Made by a program: the position numbers and the translations under genes. A stretch of 63,919 nucleotides of DNA, filler included, from Klebsormidium nitens (Eukaryota > Plantae > Klebsormidiophyceae), in the NCBI GenBank assembly GCA_000708835.1. It is 6 parts of 6 records of this genome, joined end to end, with 100 filler letters (N's around TTAATTAATTAA, not from the genome) between each part and the next. Parts side by side here need not be neighbours in the genome. Positions count along the whole stretch, not along the records: positions 57,794 to 60,826 come from DF238614.1; positions 60,927 to 63,919 come from DF238617.1; 4 more parts are not named here. One strand, given 5' to 3'. Shown one piece after another: positions 60,565 through 63,919 of the stretch. How positions within the stretch are numbered: position 1 is the stretch's first letter; the number at the start of each line of letters is the position of its first letter. The notes under the pieces were generated by a model, which was not told the origin of the DNA, searched no databases, and saw only the letters and a program-made list of their open reading frames with translations.

Positions 60565-60927
60565 AGAATCCTCAAGAGCAAGTTGCCATTGCCATTGAGC
60601 ATTCGATCTGCAAATCAGATGCATGTGGGCACAGTTGGGGACACTACATGTTGCAACTGTTCTATCACCTTATGCTGCAGGAGCAGTGACTAAACAACTG
60701 AAGGGATTCTCGGGCCGGGCATAACATACAGAAAGATCATTACCGATTGTGAGAGCTGTGAGCGAGACCGGACATATCGTGAGCGTTGTGAGCCATAAGC
60801 AAGACCAGCCATACCTTCAATCACTANNNNNNNNNNNNNNNNNNNNNNNNNNNNNNNNNNNNNNNNNNNNTTAATTAATTAANNNNNNNNNNNNNNNNNN
60901 NNNNNNNNNNNNNNNNNNNNNNNNNNA

Positions 60928-63919
60928 TGGGTGAGCCCGCTCCGACACCGATGCTCCTCGTCGCGCTCGCGAGACCTACCGAGGTCGTCTTCGAACGGTT
61001 CGTATTGCGGGAGGGGGCGTTTCTGCGCCCACCCTGGAAGCGGGTAGCAGCCCAGCTCTCGTTGCTCCCGACCGTAGGGATGATCCGCAGGGAGAGGCCC
61101 TGGCTCCGACCCGTCTGGCTTGAGACCAAGTCTGTCGTTCAGCAACGTCCTCTTAGGCGGGAGCAGAGCGTACTCGTGCGGTGCGGGAGGGGAAAGGTTT
61201 TCGACCGCCGGGAGGAGCGCGTTCGCCCGGGCTGCCCAGAAGTCGAAGGCCTGCTGCTGCTCGACGGTCAGACGCAGACATCTCGCCCAAGCCAGACGCA
61301 GACATCGAGGCCTTCGATGGCCGACAACGCCCACCCCGCCCGCCCAACCCCGAGTCCCACGGCTCCACGTCCAAAGAGCGTCAACCGGTAGAGATGATGT
61401 AGCGTCGGATAGAAAAAGCGAGGGTAGCGGTCGCCGTAGTGGTCCAGCAGCCGGCGCAGGATTGGAGAGTGCTCTGCTAGCACGACCCTGTCGTCGTCGT
61501 TTGCGGCTCCCCCGAGGAGCAGCTTGCGGACCACACTCAGAGCCTTCCCATGCTGGATGAGGTTGGAATCGTCCGAGACCGAGTGCGGCGCGCCGAGAGT
61601 GTAGAGCAGCTCCGCCCATCTGCTGGGGCAGTGCAGAGGCCAGCAAGCCTCCTCTTGCATGACTTCTCTCTCGATGCCGTCGACCAGCTCGTGCCCCACT
61701 TTGTTCTTCGAACGCATCTGGCCGACCTGGTCCGCCCGGACCCACCGGCGCCATTGCAGGAGGACGGGGTCCGCGTCGGCATCATCCGGGTCCGGAACGA
61801 AGTCTGTGACAACTTGCACGTCGTCTCTATCGAGCGCGACCTGCACAGAAAGACGCCGTGCTTGAGCAAACGGATGCCTGAACTGTTGTCGATTTGCTTG
61901 CTTGGAAAAGAGGATTGATACATTTGTACAAGTCGGATAGCTTATCATACACATAGCGGCTCGATTTCAGATCGAAACTCACCAGAAGCTCCTCGTATTC
62001 TCGAGAGCTAAGAGCCTTTCCCAGCTCCGGGTCAGCAGCGTGGTGAACACTGTACCGCGCTATAAGCGTCCGGATCTCCGGTTGCTGCATAAAACGCCTT
62101 TTTAGGCCTCCACCGGAAAGAGACGCCGCGCAGTAGTTGCTTCCAGCCTCCATGACCTTCCGCACGTTGACTCCGTCCGAGCCTCGACTAGGTGCCGTGA
62201 ACGGTCGGAGCTGAGCGGCATCCGTTCCAGCCAGACCGCCCTTCTGACGCGTGCCGTCAGCGCAGGCAAGCCCGACAATGCCGTCGCACAGGAGTACCTA
62301 GTGTTCACAAGAAAATGATCACGCTCGTCAATGTGATCTGCCTAAGAAAACCTCGTCTCTGTTTGGTCGCGTTAGTAGCAAAAGGCGGTCAAACAATGGA
62401 GAACGCGGTCGAACAATGAGAAACGAGCCTTCATATATCGCCTCCATGGAAGTGTCTCCGCACATACCTCTGGATGCGGGCCGCAAAGGCTGCAGCACTC
62501 CATGATCTGCCGTCCGCACAACTTGAAGAAGCCGAGGCTAGCCTTGCGCCAAGTCTCTTCTGTCAAGAGAGTTGCGCTGGGGTTGTAGAGACGCCATGCC
62601 GTACTTGCAGCTGCAACGAGTGCATTGAAAGCGGCTCCTGAGTGTTGTACGGACCGCAGCATAAACTGGCAAGCGGCTTGCGTAATGACCACCCCTCGCG
62701 TCCAGGCGTACAGACCGAGCGCCTCTCCGTTGAAGTGAACGGTGTGCTTCTTTGGGCACGCGCAGCAATAGATCCGGAGCTTGACCTGCACGAGAACATG
62801 ATACGAGCGTCGATTGTTGATTAATAGTTGGTGTTTGGTTGAAAAATCAGATTCTAGACATTGCAAGGCTTTGATTTATCCTCGACGCGCGTGCTCGGAT
62901 CCAATTGAGTGAACTCCGCATGGAAGATGTCTTCATATGCTGTCGGACACTCTTATCTTAATCAACATTTGCAAGAAGATCAAAAGGCTACAGAGCTATG
63001 CATCGTGGCGCTTACCTCCTGGGACCAACCCAAATCGTGAATTTGTGCTCTCTGCCAGAGCCCCGACCATTTGGTTCCGCAAGGTGGAGCCGATCTGGGG
63101 CACGGAGCTGAGAGGACCCCTGCAGCGCTCAGCTCCCCAAAATCCCGGGCCGTCAGCTCGCTAACTCTGACCGGGTTCCGCAGCAGCAGCACCTCGGGGT
63201 CATGGACTTGCCAAGAATCCGTTGGGCGAACGAGCTTGGGCACCTCCAGCTGAACGCCCTCAGCATCCATGGGCAGGACCGCTGCAATACCGCTGGATGC
63301 ACCATGTGTGCACGTGCTGGAGGGGCACGCGCAGGCGTTACACACCGGGATGAGAAACGGTGCTTGATCATCGATCCGGAGGGCGTTATCCTTACTCCGC
63401 CCCGTCCCCTCCAGGGGAACCCCATCTGCATCCGGCTCGACCTCCTCCATACTGCCTCTTGCAGCATCTAGCTGCTCCATCTCTGCATGCTCCGAGTTAG
63501 CCGCCTAGTGTGATTTGCCCCTCCGTTTGATCGATCTCGCGGCTGTTCCAGCAACCTCACCGGAACTTCCTGTTTGCCCCGATCGATCTCGCTTTCCGTT
63601 CGTTTGTGCAGAAGTGCAACACCTTGCCATACAGGGTTCTCCATCGGGGGTAATGCCTCCGAACGCCCTCGGATGCTGCTTGCAGAAGCAGTTCTCCCTT
63701 GCACATGCAGCCCTCTCATGGCTCCCAACAACCAGCTCCGCGAGGTATCTGTCCACGTCGGAGTCTGCAGTTCCCAGCCCGTCGTGGGCGACATTCCCTC
63801 TCCAACTATCTGCCAGCCCCGCCCTCAAAGACGTCACCGCCAGCCCGAGCTGGCTCTCCGAGAACACACTCTTGCTCAGTTTGACCGCACTGCCCGGTCG
63901 ACCCAAAGCTCCCTTCACC
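60928..63919 (-). pseudogene. Degenerate spliced KDZ (Kyakuja-Dileera-Zisupton)-type transposase gene with CxC clusters
   Basis: Exons: ...-63016 (PCPRSAPPCGTKW), 62785-62468 (IYCCACPKKHTVHFNGEALGLYAW...CSLCGPHPE), 62297-61953 (VLLCDG), 61840-... The ELGCYPLPGWAQKRPLPQYEPFEDD...C motif precedes the gap. There is an in-frame TAG at 63505-63507 and a frame switch near 61270-61380. Confidence 0.6.

Noticed and set aside
1-63919. tRNA/rRNA genes and viral capsid, packaging ATPase or DNA polymerase genes
   Set aside because: None recognised by eye; absence was not confirmed computationally.

Overview
This is eukaryotic nuclear DNA from a green-lineage organism: GT-AG introns, GC-rich exons, TOPLESS and a nuclear psaL with a transit peptide. 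A streptophyte alga such as Klebsormidium is the likely source (inference). Six N-gaps split the window, and five of them carry an artificial TTAATTAATTAA linker, so adjacency across gaps is scaffolding only. From left to right: (1) a spliced Ulp1/SENP-type peptidase on the minus strand; (2) a complete 19-exon TOPLESS gene (8632-21216); (3) two-exon psaL; (4) a satellite of ~140-150 bp units, each with a 9-bp inverted repeat; (5) two related secreted modular genes (32-45 kb, minus strand), built from symmetric phase-1 exons that encode a 4-Cys module or Pro/Thr linkers; (6) decayed repeat DNA with a CpA->TpA-like signature; (7) a poly(A)-tailed LINE-like 3' end carrying an OTU protease; (8) an intronless GT92-like glycosyltransferase; (9) a virus-like block with an intron-containing D5 primase-helicase, a tandem HNH-like nuclease and an intronless asparagine synthetase; (10) a degenerate KDZ/CxC transposase gene. 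All exon models were read by eye, and all family assignments come from recognised motifs, not database searches.
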